64,000 nt of DNA from a virus (taxonomy: Duplodnaviria; Caudoviricetes). The first letter of the stretch is position 1; every line of letters starts with the position of its first letter. The stretch lies in IMG/VR virus record IMGVR_UViG_3300035497_000412, one strand, 5' to 3'. Below the pieces are notes generated by a model. That model was not told the DNA's origin. It made no database searches and saw nothing but the letters and a program-made list of their open reading frames with translations. The position numbers were made by a program, and so were the translations under genes. Shown piece after piece: positions 36,778 to 50,600 of the stretch.

Positions 36778-39700
36778 TTATAACTTTAAACTTTTTAAAA
36801 TCTCTCTTACACTAATAGTTTTATTATTTCCAAATTCATCTTGTAAATAAAAAACAATATCTCCTTCGTTTTTACAAAAAATACCAGTCATTCCTTCTTC
36901 TGGAGAATCTGAAGAAGACCCTTCTCCATACTATCCAATCCAAATGCCATCAGTATACTGTCTAACACATCCCGCGTCAAATAACCATTTATCTTTATCT
37001 TCTGTACTGGTATAACTACCAGTGCCAAAACGTAAGTAAGGGACATTTATATTATTACGAGATTGCCACCCCAAATGGATTAAAGAAGAATTGCTCGGGC
37101 TAGAGTCGTCTGGGAATTTTTTACCAGCAGAGCTATCAGCAACCAATCCAATACCATTATTTAGGATTTTAACAGTATTAGTTTTCTTACTTGAACTGTT
37201 AGCGCTATAAAAAATTGTGGCATCAGAGCTAAGCTAGGAGTAGTTGTACGGACCACCAATCATAGCTCCCTTAGAATTGCCCCAAAAGCCTGAATTTGTA
37301 TAATCTGATAAGCTAGTTTTGCCAAATCCAATTTCATTGTTAGATAAAACCGAAGAATCAGTTTTAGCCATCCAACTGGTTTGATCTAAATAAATACCAT
37401 TACGGCCATCGTTAAAGCTCTTCTTGCCTAAGCCAAGCTTCTATTCTTTTGTATTTATCTTTAAAAAGCTCCAAGAATTTTCTTCAGCAAAACTTCCACC
37501 AAGATTAACACCATCTGCACTAACATAAGAGCCAAAGCGCACATCATCATCTAATGTAACCTTACCAAAGGCTAAGGCTTTTGCAGCCGCATAACTATTA
37601 AGTTCTTCTTGAGTGTATTCCTCAATTAAACTACTATCAGTTAAATCCCAGTCACGCAATAAGCCACCAACAGATAACGAACCAATACTACCAACAGAAG
37701 CTGAGAGCGTTCCATCAAAAACGCCATTTGTAATATAAACAGTACCATCCCAGCCGACTCTGAAATTGCGCTCAGTTTCTATCTCAGAATCACCAATGCT
37801 CAGAGGAAACTCTCTAGTGCTATCAGGGTCAGCCGCAGAGGATAAAGTAATATATCTATCAGAATTGGCACTCTTTTCATAAGTATAATAAGTTGACTAC
37901 GGATCATATTCTTGAGCTTCAATATAGTCATTATTTCTATATAAATAAAAATAATTTATCTTTCCAAAATAAGTCTTTTCTTGTGAGTTTGCGGCAGTGT
38001 ATCCAGTTATCTTATAGTAAGTCTAATTATTATCATAATTACCTGTAGCTAATTCATAAGTGTAAATAGTAGTAGTAATTGTATATAAATATTCAATTTC
38101 TTCAGAATCTTCTTCTTCATATTTATCTTTTACGAATTGCTCTACCAAGACTGTCTCGTCAACATACTTATATTCCCCGTTTATCTCTTTAATTCGGTCT
38201 ATAGTATGAGAGCTAACTGGCGGCTCATCAAATGTTAAATTTGATTCTATAGTCTCGGTTTTAGTTTGAATAAAATATTTATTTTTAACATATAAATCTT
38301 TATCAATAATAGCTTTATCAAAAAACTTTGGTAAATAATAGATAAGAGACGAGTCAAAATCAGCGCTATTATTAACCCTCTAAAATGTTACTCTCTCATA
38401 ATATTTTCCAGGTTCAAATGTTTCTTCGCTAACACTAACCGCTATATATTTAGATGCCTTTTTATTCATCTTAATATAGCCATCATCTAAATCCATTATC
38501 ATACCATCTTCACTTGATAGCCAATTAGCAGAATAAATCTATGAACTATCACCATCAAAATAAATGCGGCCCTTGCCAGACTTTCCAATAAAACCAGTTC
38601 CGTCATCCTAGAAAGCATAACTCACTGCGCCGTGGTTAAAACCATATAAACCAGTATGAGAACTTAGTGCTTGCTCAGTATCAGCTTTCTTTGACCAATC
38701 TCCAAGCATTACACCACTAAAAGTGTTATCGTTTTCTTTTTTGCCAACGCCTAATGCGGAAGCTAAAATAGTTCCACTATTATCATCAGTTTCTATATCT
38801 TTACCATTCCATTGATTCAATGTAGTAGAAGCGTAGTTATTCTAGTAAACAAAAATCGGCTATGTCCAAACAACATGACCACCACTGCTAAATTGAATTC
38901 CAAATTCTGGGGCATCTTCCACATAACAGGCTAAAGGTTGTAATTTATAAGAAGTGGAAAGTGTTGGAACAAAAGTAGTTAAATTTTCTTCTGTTGAAGT
39001 CTGTGGAATAAAAAGCGTAATTCCAGTAGTATAGGGCTTAGAAATTCCATTTGACGCCGTTCCGTAAAGTACATACGAAGCGCTGGAATAAGAAGGTTCA
39101 CCAATAGAACTATATCTTATTTCAGTTGGGCCAACAATATTAGTATAAATATTATTGGGATCGTAACGTCTTAAAGGAATAGGCTTATAAGCAGTTAATT
39201 CATAATCGCCCCAACCAGTTAAAGTAACTTTTAAAATCCATAAACTATTCATTCTCTTTTGTAAAGTTACATTATTCTATTCATCAAGTTCTCCATTTTC
39301 TGTTAAATGAGTAATATTATTAACATCATTTGTAAAATCTAATTGAACTTGTGAATTATTCATTTTTGTGATTGAAATATACCCTTCACTATCTTCTGTA
39401 ATAGTTTTTATAGGAATTTCATAACGTTCATAATAAATTTCAGAACTATCATATTTGTCATCAGATGTTACTGCAATATATTCATCACCATTATAATAGT
39501 AAATATTTCCAAGAGCGGCTCTGCTATCAAAAGTCTTTTCATTAACTGATACTGTGCTATACTTATATTCATATTTGATATTATCATCATCTACATTCTC
39601 TAAAGCACAATACCATTCCCATTTTATGTCATATCCGCTATTTAAGTTAACAATAGTACCAGAAGAGTCTTGTAGTGTTAAAAACAGTTGCGTCGGCGTA

Positions 39701-41553
39701 TAATCCGCAATTTCATTATCTTTTGTATTAATGAATTTTCCACCGACTACCATAGAGGGAGTGTTTTCATTTACAAATTGTATTGTTAAACGGCAATCTG
39801 TTCCAGAAGAACCAGTATTGCCAAAAAAACATTCTTTAATCCCATAATAAGTAACATTATCTTTTACAACTATACATTGAATTGTATTATTGGTATATGA
39901 AGGATAATAATAAGAATTAATATAATATTGCTATTCACTATTAATACCACCATTATCATTTATATAACGAGTAATTTTATACTAAGAATTATCTTTATCA
40001 TAAGTAACTTCTTCTCCAGTAGATAAAGTAATTGTAGTAGCAGACTCAAATAAAGAAGCTCTGATAGTCGCACCGGTCGCGTCGGCTGGCCGCAGCATCG
40101 TATTTGAAGCAGGAAAAATCCATGTAATGCTTTCTGCTTCTTTTAACGCAGTTGCGGTTGTGTCATCATCAACATCAAAACAACACTAAAAGCTACGACA
40201 TTTATTGCTCTACTTTTGACCAGTATCGCTATCAAGTATAGCATTATTTTCTCCATAAATATAATAATTGCCATACGATTCGTCTTCACAAACAATGGTT
40301 ACAGCAGAAGTTACATTTACAGTAGTTTGATTAACAACTTCCCTTTCATTAGTAAAAGTTAAGATATTACTAGTAATTACAGAGTCATTATATAAAATAA
40401 TAACTTTAATTTGCTCCTAAGCTGCTGTAACATCTGGTTCTAACACATAAGAAAAAGCATTATCTAATTCAACCCTTTCCCAATATACGCCAGAATACTA
40501 GTCAGCAGAAGGCGCTCCAAATTTATATCTATACCAACGAATCTCTGCGCCATCTGGCATTGTATCATCATAAACCTATCCAATAGCTCCATCATCAAAT
40601 TCATGAAGCCATCTTAATTGAATAGTTTTATTATTGCTCTTATTTTCAACTGATTGCGCAGAAGTATAAGTAGAATAATCTAAAGTATAAAGAATAGCTT
40701 GCTCATCAGCAAAATCCTCAATATCATAACCAACACAAATATAAGGATTCCGCACGAATAAGTTAGCGGCTAAATCATTACCCAAAAAATCAGAATGTGA
40801 AATTAATTCTCCATCACTATTGGTAAAACTACCAGGCACTTGATAGAAAAATAATTGCATATTTGTAATTGTGCCCAGATTAGAAATATCAAAAGTTTTT
40901 TCTTGAGTATAATATGTATTAAAATTATAAGGATTGCCATACATATCATTTATTGACAAGTATAAAACGTAATCTTCACTTTCTTCATTTTCTGCTCCTA
41001 TAGTTACATCTGGCCTTGTGTGAATTAATAACTTTAAACCATACTCGCCATTAGTAGTATTCATAGAGCTAAGCCATGAACGGAACTCTGCGGAAATACC
41101 TAATGTATTATAGCTCGTTAATTCTTTATTATTAGTAGTGAAATCATAATTCCAAATTAAGATTTCACTTTTTTCACTATTTGCGGTTAACCCGATCGGG
41201 TCTAACGTATCTAGCACCAAATTAGTAGACGCATCTAATATTGCATCAAATGGAGAGGTATATATAAATGGAGCAGTAGAAGAAGAAACAGACTTACCAG
41301 CAATAAGTTTTTGCTGTGCGTAATCTCCATTTGGAATAGTAACATATACGACATCATTTACTTTATAAGCTGTATCATTAGCATACGCTGTAAATGTTGT
41401 TGATCCATTAGATACAGTGTATTTGCCTTCTTCAGCAGTGCCAACATCAGTAACAGTACACTTAATTGTTGTATCAAAATGAATGCCCTCTAGTTTTTTT
41501 GATACAATAGTATCAACCGCTTGACATATTACATCAGCATAATCTGCCATCAT
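36778..41553 (-). CDS. Large tail protein downstream of the tape measure (~1591 aa)
   Basis: Six ORF-track fragments (41553, 39753, 39252, 38820, 37659, 37146) in one frame, joined by TAG; ends TAA 36778. The gaps were only spot-checked. Confidence 0.75.
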
Positions 41554-41624
41554 ATGCCCTCCTTTTTCTCTATTATCTATCTTATTTTAAAAATGAAACA
41601 TTAATTTTATATGGAATAGACCAA

Positions 41625-41663
41625 AAATAAAAAGGGGCAGTGTAAAAACACTACCCCTTTTTA
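41625..41663. terminator. Terminator after the tape measure gene
   Basis: AAAAGGGGCAGTGT / ACACTACCCCTTTT hairpin. Confidence 0.75.
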
Positions 41664-44600
41664 TTAATTTTTATTTGCGTATTGTGAAGCTTTGTTAATT
41701 AAAGTATTGAAAGCTTCTTCTATTTCATTGCGGTCGGTCGCATTCGGGAACTCAGCTGTAATAGTAACAGTTTGTTCAAGTTGCCCATTACTGGACGAAG
41801 CGGTCGCCGCAGATATCATATTAACCTAATTAGCATACATAGCATTTAAGTCTATCATACTAGCAATTTTACGAACCATATCAACCGTTTCCAGTAGATT
41901 CGTAGTATCTTCAGAATTTAACACTAGCTCTTTTTGATGTAAGAAAGCTAATTTTCCTTCCTCACCCCAAGAACCGGTGTAACCACCCGTATCATAACCA
42001 GAAACTTGGTCTTTCTTAACCCAGCCTAAATCGCCATACTTACCATCAGAAGACTTAATATGGACTCCATAGCTGTTATTATTGAGTTTATCGACAATAA
42101 CACCGTTTTCAACACCAGAATATTTGCTACCAGTTGGATTCTTACCAGAAGAGGTGTAATAGTATTTACCAGTATAAGTAACAGTATCTCCCACTTCTAA
42201 TGTTCCATTTCCACTTCCACTCGCGGAAGAGGAGCTGGAGCCAGAACCAGAATTAGAAGAACCACTTCCGCTTCCAGAAGCACCAGAGTCGCTACCAGTG
42301 GAGGGCGCTGTACTTGAACCAGAAGTGTCAACTCCAGTTTCGCCCTTGATCTGAGAATTGGTTTGCGCCGCCAGCTTTTTATAAGCTTCAATCAGCTTCT
42401 CAATCTCGGCTCTTTGATTAGCATAACCCTAAGTTGCTTTTTGTGTTGCGGTAAGGATATCTCCCATAGCAGGAATAATATCATCAACTAAAGTGTCCTT
42501 TAATTCTTCATTAGCGTTAACGACTTCATCAACTTTTTGTTGTGTTTCATCCAAATCGGTGCCAACCAAATCAGTTAATTCACTAGTCTACTATTGCCAT
42601 GTTGCAATAGCTGAATCAACTTCATTAAGGTAAGCGGTTAACGCATCTTTCCAGTTAAGAGCATCTTCTTGTGATTGTGACATACTAGAATTACCACTTA
42701 AAACGATATTCTAATAAGCTGTAGTCCAAGCATCCTCAACTACTCTAGCATCTTCTTGTGTCGCAATACCATACAAATCTTGATAAGTTTCAATCAGTTG
42801 AGTATATTCCTCAATGACTTTTGCTTTAGCCTCTTCAAAAGCTTCTTCAGATTCATAAGCACCGTTCTAATAATCCTCATACATCTAAGTAAGAGTATCA
42901 TATAGCTCTTGCTGAGTCTAAGCGGCTTTTTCAGCATAATTATTTGCATTTTCAAGTCGCAAATTATACAGATCATTTTCTGCGTCTTCTAAAGCTTGCT
43001 GAGCGTCATCAATTGCATCCTAATCCGCAGTATAAACATAGCCATAATTACCTTCGCTATCTCTAGTTAATCTTACTGTAGATTTAGCATTTTGAGCTTC
43101 TTCAAGAGCTATTTGTGCCTGTAGCTGTTTATATTTAGCTTGCGCAATTTCTAACTCAAGATTACTTAATTCATCTTTCTCCTGAAGTTGTTCAATCTCT
43201 TTAGCAAGAGCTGAATAGCGTTGTTTAGCAGCTTTATTATCCGTTTTGTCTATATCCTGAGAAATAGAGCGTAATAATTTATTAGTTTCATAAATCTAAT
43301 TAGTCTTAGTCAAATATTCATCTTGACGAGTAGAAACTCTATCCATTGAATCAGAGATAGCATCCCAACCTAGCCCGCCAGTCATGGCCTTTTCCATTTC
43401 ACTAGCAGCTTGAGACATTGCATTAGTTAAAATCGCTTGTAAAGCTTCACCCCAAGTTTCAGCATCACTTAGCATCTAATCTAAAGCATTTTCATACTCC
43501 TCAATAGCTTTTTCGTATTGAGTCTAATACATTTCAAGAGCTGCTGCATCAGTTGTTTCAGCTATCAGCTTAGCTAAATTATCGACTTGCTCTTTTGCCA
43601 TAGCCACTTGTGCTTGTGACACTTTATAACTATTTTGAGCTACTGTTGCCTGGCCTTTAAGAATAACATCCATAAGATTGTAATCTTGCTCTTTACCAAG
43701 TAATGACATAATACTAGAATAATGCTCTAATACACTAATCTGATTATCCATGCGGTCAGTGTATTTTTGAATCTTTTCAAGAGCTAAATCGTATGTATCG
43801 CCATAATACTCAACCATAGTATCATCCAAATCTTGTAAAGCACTAAGATTATCAATAATGCCATCATAAGCATCTTGCAATCCTTCAATCCAAGAAGTCT
43901 GAGTAATATTTCCAGCCGCGTATTCCGCATTCAAATCTGCAATCGCGGCCTTGTATTGGTCTAAATATCCACTACTTCTAGTATATAGAGCCACTTCGTT
44001 AGTTAAATAACCGAATCCTTCAACCGCTTTATAAATATCATCTTCCACTTGAGAGAAGTAATATTCAAGAGCTTTTAGATCATTATCATTAACAGTAACT
44101 TTTAGTTCTAGTTTATATGTTAAAATCTGATAATTATTATCTTTTATTTCCTAAACCGCGTCATCAATCTACTCTTGTAAATCTTGAATTAGCTCTTTAG
44201 TCTCATCATACTAACCAATTTTATCAATTAAATCTTCCCAGGCGTCTAATCTATCTTGATATTTTTCAGTAATTTCGCTCTACTCATCTTCAGTGGACGC
44301 CGCATTTAATTCAGCTGTCATTTGATTTTGTAAAGCTTGATACTCTTTCATCAGTGCAGTGTAGTTAGTAATATCACCAGCACTATTATATTGAAGAGTT
44401 TTACCTAAATAAGAAGCAGACTCATCCGCCCATTGTTTATCAACCTTTAGATAATTTTGAGCTTCTTTAGTCTATTGCTGTAATAAGGAAACCTACTGCT
44501 TTAAATTATCATTAATCTTTTGGATATTCTTTAATCGATCTTTACCATAAGCGTTATCCATTGCAGTAGAGAGTTTGGTATAAGCGCGAGTAACATTGTC

Positions 44601-47600
44601 TAAAGAATCTGTTACTTCTTTATAGCGATCGCCTACTTTAGTTTTTGCTTGACGCGAAGCCGCTTTAGAAGATGATCCAGAACTACCAGAGCTTCCACTA
44701 CTTGAACCAGTTGAAACTTTGCCCTTATTCTTACTACTAACATTACCACCGGCAGATTTATGAAAATTACTAAATTTATAAGCAGTAGTAGTAGTTTGTT
44801 TAGTTTCTTCTTCTGTTTCTGTTTTCGGGGTAACTGCCTAGCTATAAGACCAAACATTAGTTCTAATTTGTTTAGGTGTTAATTCATTACCTTCATTAGA
44901 AAGAACATTGTCTATGTTTGGATGGTTAGTGGCAGTAATTTCAGTATCATATGCTACTGCTTCTTTAGTATCATTGCTTTCTGATGTCTAAGACACGGCT
45001 TCAGAATCAATGGCCATATTAGCAACAATTTCGTCGGAAGCGGTTGCAGTTGCTCCTACAGCTTCATCTAGCGCATTTTCCATCGGCGTAACGTCACAAT
45101 CAATGTCAAAACCTGATAGCATACTCTAGATTTTATCGGCTGACTATCCAGATAGCGCCGCAGCTTCAATTAATTTAGTAATAAAACTGTCGTCATTAAC
45201 ATCTATAGTAGCGCCATCAGCTAATCCAGCCATCTGCGCCTTGAAATCGTCTGCTTTATCACCTAATCCATATAAATCGGCTTGCGCATCAATAAAAGAG
45301 TCACGAATTCTCTGAATAGCTGCTTCGTCTCCATCCGCGGCAGCCTAGAGATCATCAGGGTCGATACTACTCATAAAATCTGCGTCAATTAAATCTTCTG
45401 ACGTATCTAATAAGCCAGCTAAACTAGTTTTTAAACTCTTAGCGGTACTAGTTTGAGCTGCTAAAGCTTTATCAGAAGAAGTAGAAGCTTTACGGATATC
45501 TTTTAAAGCATCAGCATAATCATCATAATTATCCGCTAAATCTTCAACAGCATTATTTAAACGCTTATATCTAACAGCTGCGTCGGTTGCTGCCTCAGCA
45601 TCATCAGCCAGACTTTCATATCCTTCTTGACCAGCCTTACCCATCTTTTGAAAAGCTCTAGCCAGTTCTTCAACATCATCAGCTTCTAATCCATTAGCTG
45701 CTGCTTGTTCAGCAGATTTAACTGCTATAGCTAATTCATTTAATGCTTTTGTAGAATCTTTTCCTGTAGCAATAGCCGCATAATAAGCATTAACCTCTTG
45801 TGTTGTATTATCGTATTGAGCTGCTAAATTAAGAAGCCCAGCTGCCAATGCTTCATTATAATTAGCATCAGAAATACCAGCTTCGCTCAATCGAAGCATT
45901 ACAGATTCTAGCTATTCTGTGGTAGTGGCTGCAGTCGCAGCCTAGGTGGCCCATTCTTGTAAAGCCTAATAATTTTCTGAAACGGCATCAGAAGAATTTT
46001 CCCAAGTTTCTACACTATTTTGGACTGCTTCCTAAACCGCATTGGCTGCGTCTTCTGTGATAGAACCTTCTTCTGCCATTTCACGGTATTTAGCAATAGC
46101 TTCTTGAGACATTCCATTAGCAGCTTCAAGAAAATTTAATTGCTCAGTAAAAATATCTGTACCAGCCTAATTAACAACATCTCCATATATGTCTCCTCCG
46201 CTGGGTTTCTTTGCTACAACACCAGTTGAAGTATGATCATAAGCATTTTGATCGGCTAAAGAACTTACAATTGGACTACTATAATTATTAAGTTCTAAAG
46301 ATTGCTATAACTCCTCTTTAGCATTTTTAAAACCATCAACAAATTCTTGAGTGGCCTATACATTTAATGCGTTCTAAAACGCTTCTGCTGAACCAACTAG
46401 CTTATATGTGCCATCAGACATCTTCTCAAAATACGCGCTAGCCCAATCGCCTAATTCAGCATATTTATCAGCATCTAAAGTACTGCCTTGACTTAAACTG
46501 CCTGCGATATCGTAAATATTAGCATAATTCTCCTACGCAGTTGTTAAATCCGTAGTAGCCTGCTGAGCACTTTGTAAAGCGTCTTTTAATCCCTATAATG
46601 CTTCACTAGTAATATCAGTTTCAATGCCAGCATCTTTTAAAACGTCTTGCAAATCATTAAGATTCGCTGTAGACCAATCGATATCAGCAAAAGCTTCTTT
46701 TTCTTCATCAGACAAATTACTAAGGTAATCTTCTAAAGCATCAAATCCTTCTTGTCCACTATACACTAAAGCGTCTTCTAGTAAAGAAGCAATGGCTTTT
46801 TGACCCGTTATAGTAAGGCCTTTAAAGGGATTACTACTGTCTTTAAAAATATTCTAAACGGAATTAAGCATTCCGCTAGTAAAATCATCTAATGCAGTGC
46901 CATAATCTTTTTGAGCCCATGTAAATTTATCTAAATAATCTTCACCTAAAAGGGAAGTTAATCCTTCTTCGTCCGTGTCAAAAAGTTTCTCTAAATATTG
47001 TTCTGCTCCGCCTGCTTTCGTCATATCGGCCTGCATAGTATCAAAATCGTCTTGAGTCATATCCTCAAGATTTCCAGAAGTAATCCAATTCTTAATACCT
47101 TCTGAAATACCCTCTCCAGCATTCTTGTCAAGAGTTGATAAAGCCTTAGAAGCAGCTTCGGCATCGCCGCTTAAAGACTCTAGAGCTTCTGCAGCAGCGA
47201 TTGTAGCAGCTATTGATTCTAAAGTAACTGACTACCTCTCGCCTTCTTCATCAATATAATTAAACTTTCGATTACTATCTGTACCAGTTATAGCATTGCT
47301 AGTATCAAGATTATACTCTATATTAGCAGCAGATTTATATCTTTCCCAAATGTCTTTAACATTTTCGTTATCGGCCTCTGCTGAAGCAGAAACTCCATGT
47401 GTTCCTTCGTTTAGAATTTGAGCTTCGATATCACTATAATTAGCCTAATATTTCTAACCTGCAATAGCTGTAGTAGTTGCATCATATTCATCGCCCAACT
47501 CAGCTGCCGCAATAATCTAAGCTGTATTAGATAAAGCGTCTGAAGTATCTTGTGTAGCGGCGCCTAAAGTGTCAATATCATCTTTATAAGCTAAAATACT

Positions 47601-50600
47601 ATTAACCAACTAGTCCATGTCTCCAGAATAATCTGGGAACATATCTTTAATAGCCTTAGAAAATTCCTCATCAGTAAGACCGGTTAATTGACTAGCGTTG
47701 CTTGCTACTATGCTAGATATATATTCTTTTGACCATCCAGAAGGAAGAGAATTAGTACCGATAGCAGTAGATAAAGACCTCTAAAGATTAGTAGTATCTG
47801 ATTTTACATCGGCGACATCAGCATTAGCATTTCCCATTAATGAAGCATATTCCGCAACAGAAGCTGCCTTTTCAGCATTTTCTATCGCAGCATCAATATC
47901 AGACTAGTCAATAGTCAATGCTCCATCTTCATTTCTATAAACATATTTAGCTAATTCAGGATACTCCTAAATAAGAGCTAATACCTCACTATTAACATCC
48001 TATAAAGCTTCCTTCCATTCTTGAGTGCCCTTAGTACAAGCATTAAGAGTTTCAACAACAGAAGTATAATCATCAAAAGCACTTGACAAAGATTCTGCCG
48101 CAGATTTAGCATCGTCATAGGCGTCAGATAAGTCACTTGCAGTTTCGGCTGCTTTCTTAGCGGCATCCGCATCAGCGTTACAAGCTTTTGTTAATGCGTA
48201 TATAGCAACAATTAAGCCACCAGCGACCAAAATAGCGACTATTCCCCCCATAGCAGTTTTCCAAGTTATCTGCGCTTTTATGTTCTTCCAAACTGTCGCA
48301 GTATTAACTTTAATGGCCGTAGTCATTCCGGCTTCAGCAAGTTCAGCTTGTTTCTCTGCTGTAATTTGTGCTCCAGTAGCTAATACATCACCAGTTTTGA
48401 CATCAATCAACTCTTTTGTGCTCTAAACCTCTTTGTCTGTCAATAAAAGATCAGCTATTTTAGCAACTAAACCTTCTTCACTAGTAGAAGTTACAAATTT
48501 ATAGACATTTCCCAAGTTTGTAAATCCAGTAGTTAGCATGGGAATAGTCATACCAAGAGACATCATAATCTATGTTGTCTTTTCCCAGGTGCTCAAATCA
48601 TCATTAGTAAATGTGTCTTTAATTGAAGACAAGGCATTTAAACCCATTCCAAAAGAAGAAATACTTTGAACAGCTCCCATGGCAGCTGATCCAATAGACT
48701 AATAAACAAGTGTCTATCCTGATATTTTTGCAGCTGCTTCTTTTGCCTAATCCCCAGCCCTTTCAGAAGCATCTCCTGATAATTCTTGTGCTTGTGCATT
48801 TTGTCGAGCTTTATCAATTAATTCGCCTATTTTTGAACTCGCAATTTCTGTTCCACCAGCAAGCGTCTTAATAGCATTATTCTAAGCCTCTGCTGAAGTT
48901 GGTACCTTCTAAAAGGCTTCTATTAATTTATTCTCCGCTTCAGCCAATTGTTCTGGCGTACTACTACTATCTTGTAAAATAGTCTCATAATTATTTAAAG
49001 CAGTAGTAAAATCATCTGTTGACAATCCTGCTTCATTCATTTCATTGGCTAACTTAGCAATAGCTTTTGCTTGATTCTCAGTAGTTTCAGTTTTATCTCC
49101 AATGGAAGCTTGTAATTTTTTAATAGCCGAACTTGTTTGTACAACTTTTTCTGCCGCATCTGATAACCTTCTCTAGAATTTTCCAAACTCTTCAGTAGGA
49201 CCTTTCGTAGCAACTGCTAAATCTTGCAAAGCATCTTGAAGAATCACTGTCGCCGCTATGATATCCTACTGAGTAGAGTTAGTGTCTCTTAATGTATCTA
49301 AATATAACCTCTATGCTTCTTTGGCTGTATTCACTTTCTCGTTATTTTCTTCTAAAATTCCAGAAGCATCCTGAATTAGTGCATTTGCAGTCTTTATAAC
49401 ATCAGTTTTATCATAACTAATAATCGAGTCGCTCTATTCGGTTAAGTTATGCTAAGCCTACACACCATATTTCTGACTCGCCTACTAAGCAGATGCTACA
49501 TAAGCCTATTCAGTTGATTGTGCCATTTTAGCAGCCTATACTGCGGCTTCAGCATAATTATTTGCAATTTTCATCGCTTCTTCTGCTGCAGCTCGTTGCT
49601 CTTTAGTCATACTTTTTGTAGCAGCATCTAAATGTTTCTATAAAGTATAAACAGATTCAAGCTATTGCCTTAAACCTTTGACTTGAGTTGAATCAGCTAT
49701 ATCCTTAGTCATTACCATAGCTAAAGAATAAGCTTCATCTTTAACTTCTTGTAATTCTCTCTATGTTACACCAGAAAAAGTTCTAAAATTATTTAAAGCA
49801 GAATTAATACCTGCCGCCATTTGGTCTTTAAACACAGAAGTTGCAATAAGACCGGCCGCAGCTAATACTCCCTTTAATCCTCCAAGAGAATTAATTAAAG
49901 AAGAAATTCCATCTAAAACTTTAGATATTGTATCATCTACGCCAATAAAGAAATCTTCATCAATTAAACTAGAATAAATTGCTTCAGCAGAAGCAGTAAC
50001 TCTATCTCTGGCAGCTTCCCAAGATTCAGCATAAATATCAGCTTGCTCTTGTAATGAACCGGTGGAACCTTCTGCAGTTGCTAAATTCGTCTAAAATGTA
50101 TCCCAATTTTCCATAAGGGAAATTAGTTGCGTATACTATCTAACCATTTACCCCTTTTCATTTCTAAAAAGGACAGACTATATCTTCTTCTCAAAAAGAG
50201 AAGTCTCCCATTTCGCTCTGGTTAAAGAGCTACGTCTTTCGACTAGTCGTTGAACCTTCTTCAAAAAATTTTAAAGCTTGGCTGCGGATTGTCCATATAT
50301 CTTTAATCTTTTTACCGTACCTTCTGCATTACCAGTTGCCATTAATCAAGTTATTAATTTGGTAATTAAAGCTTTAGGAGTTCCCCGCAATTAGAGAGAT
50401 TTTAAGCGAGCATTAGTTTCAGTTTACCCGCTACGTTTTCAGCTAAGGCGACTTGCTAGTCTTTTGATAAAGTAGACCATTTTGAACCCATTTCATCTAA
50501 AATGGCATCCATTTTTTTCAATTCGCCATTCTAATCTTTAATATTAATTCCGACTTTTTCAAGAGCCTAAGAGTAAGTACCAAGAGTAGTCCCATCGTCT

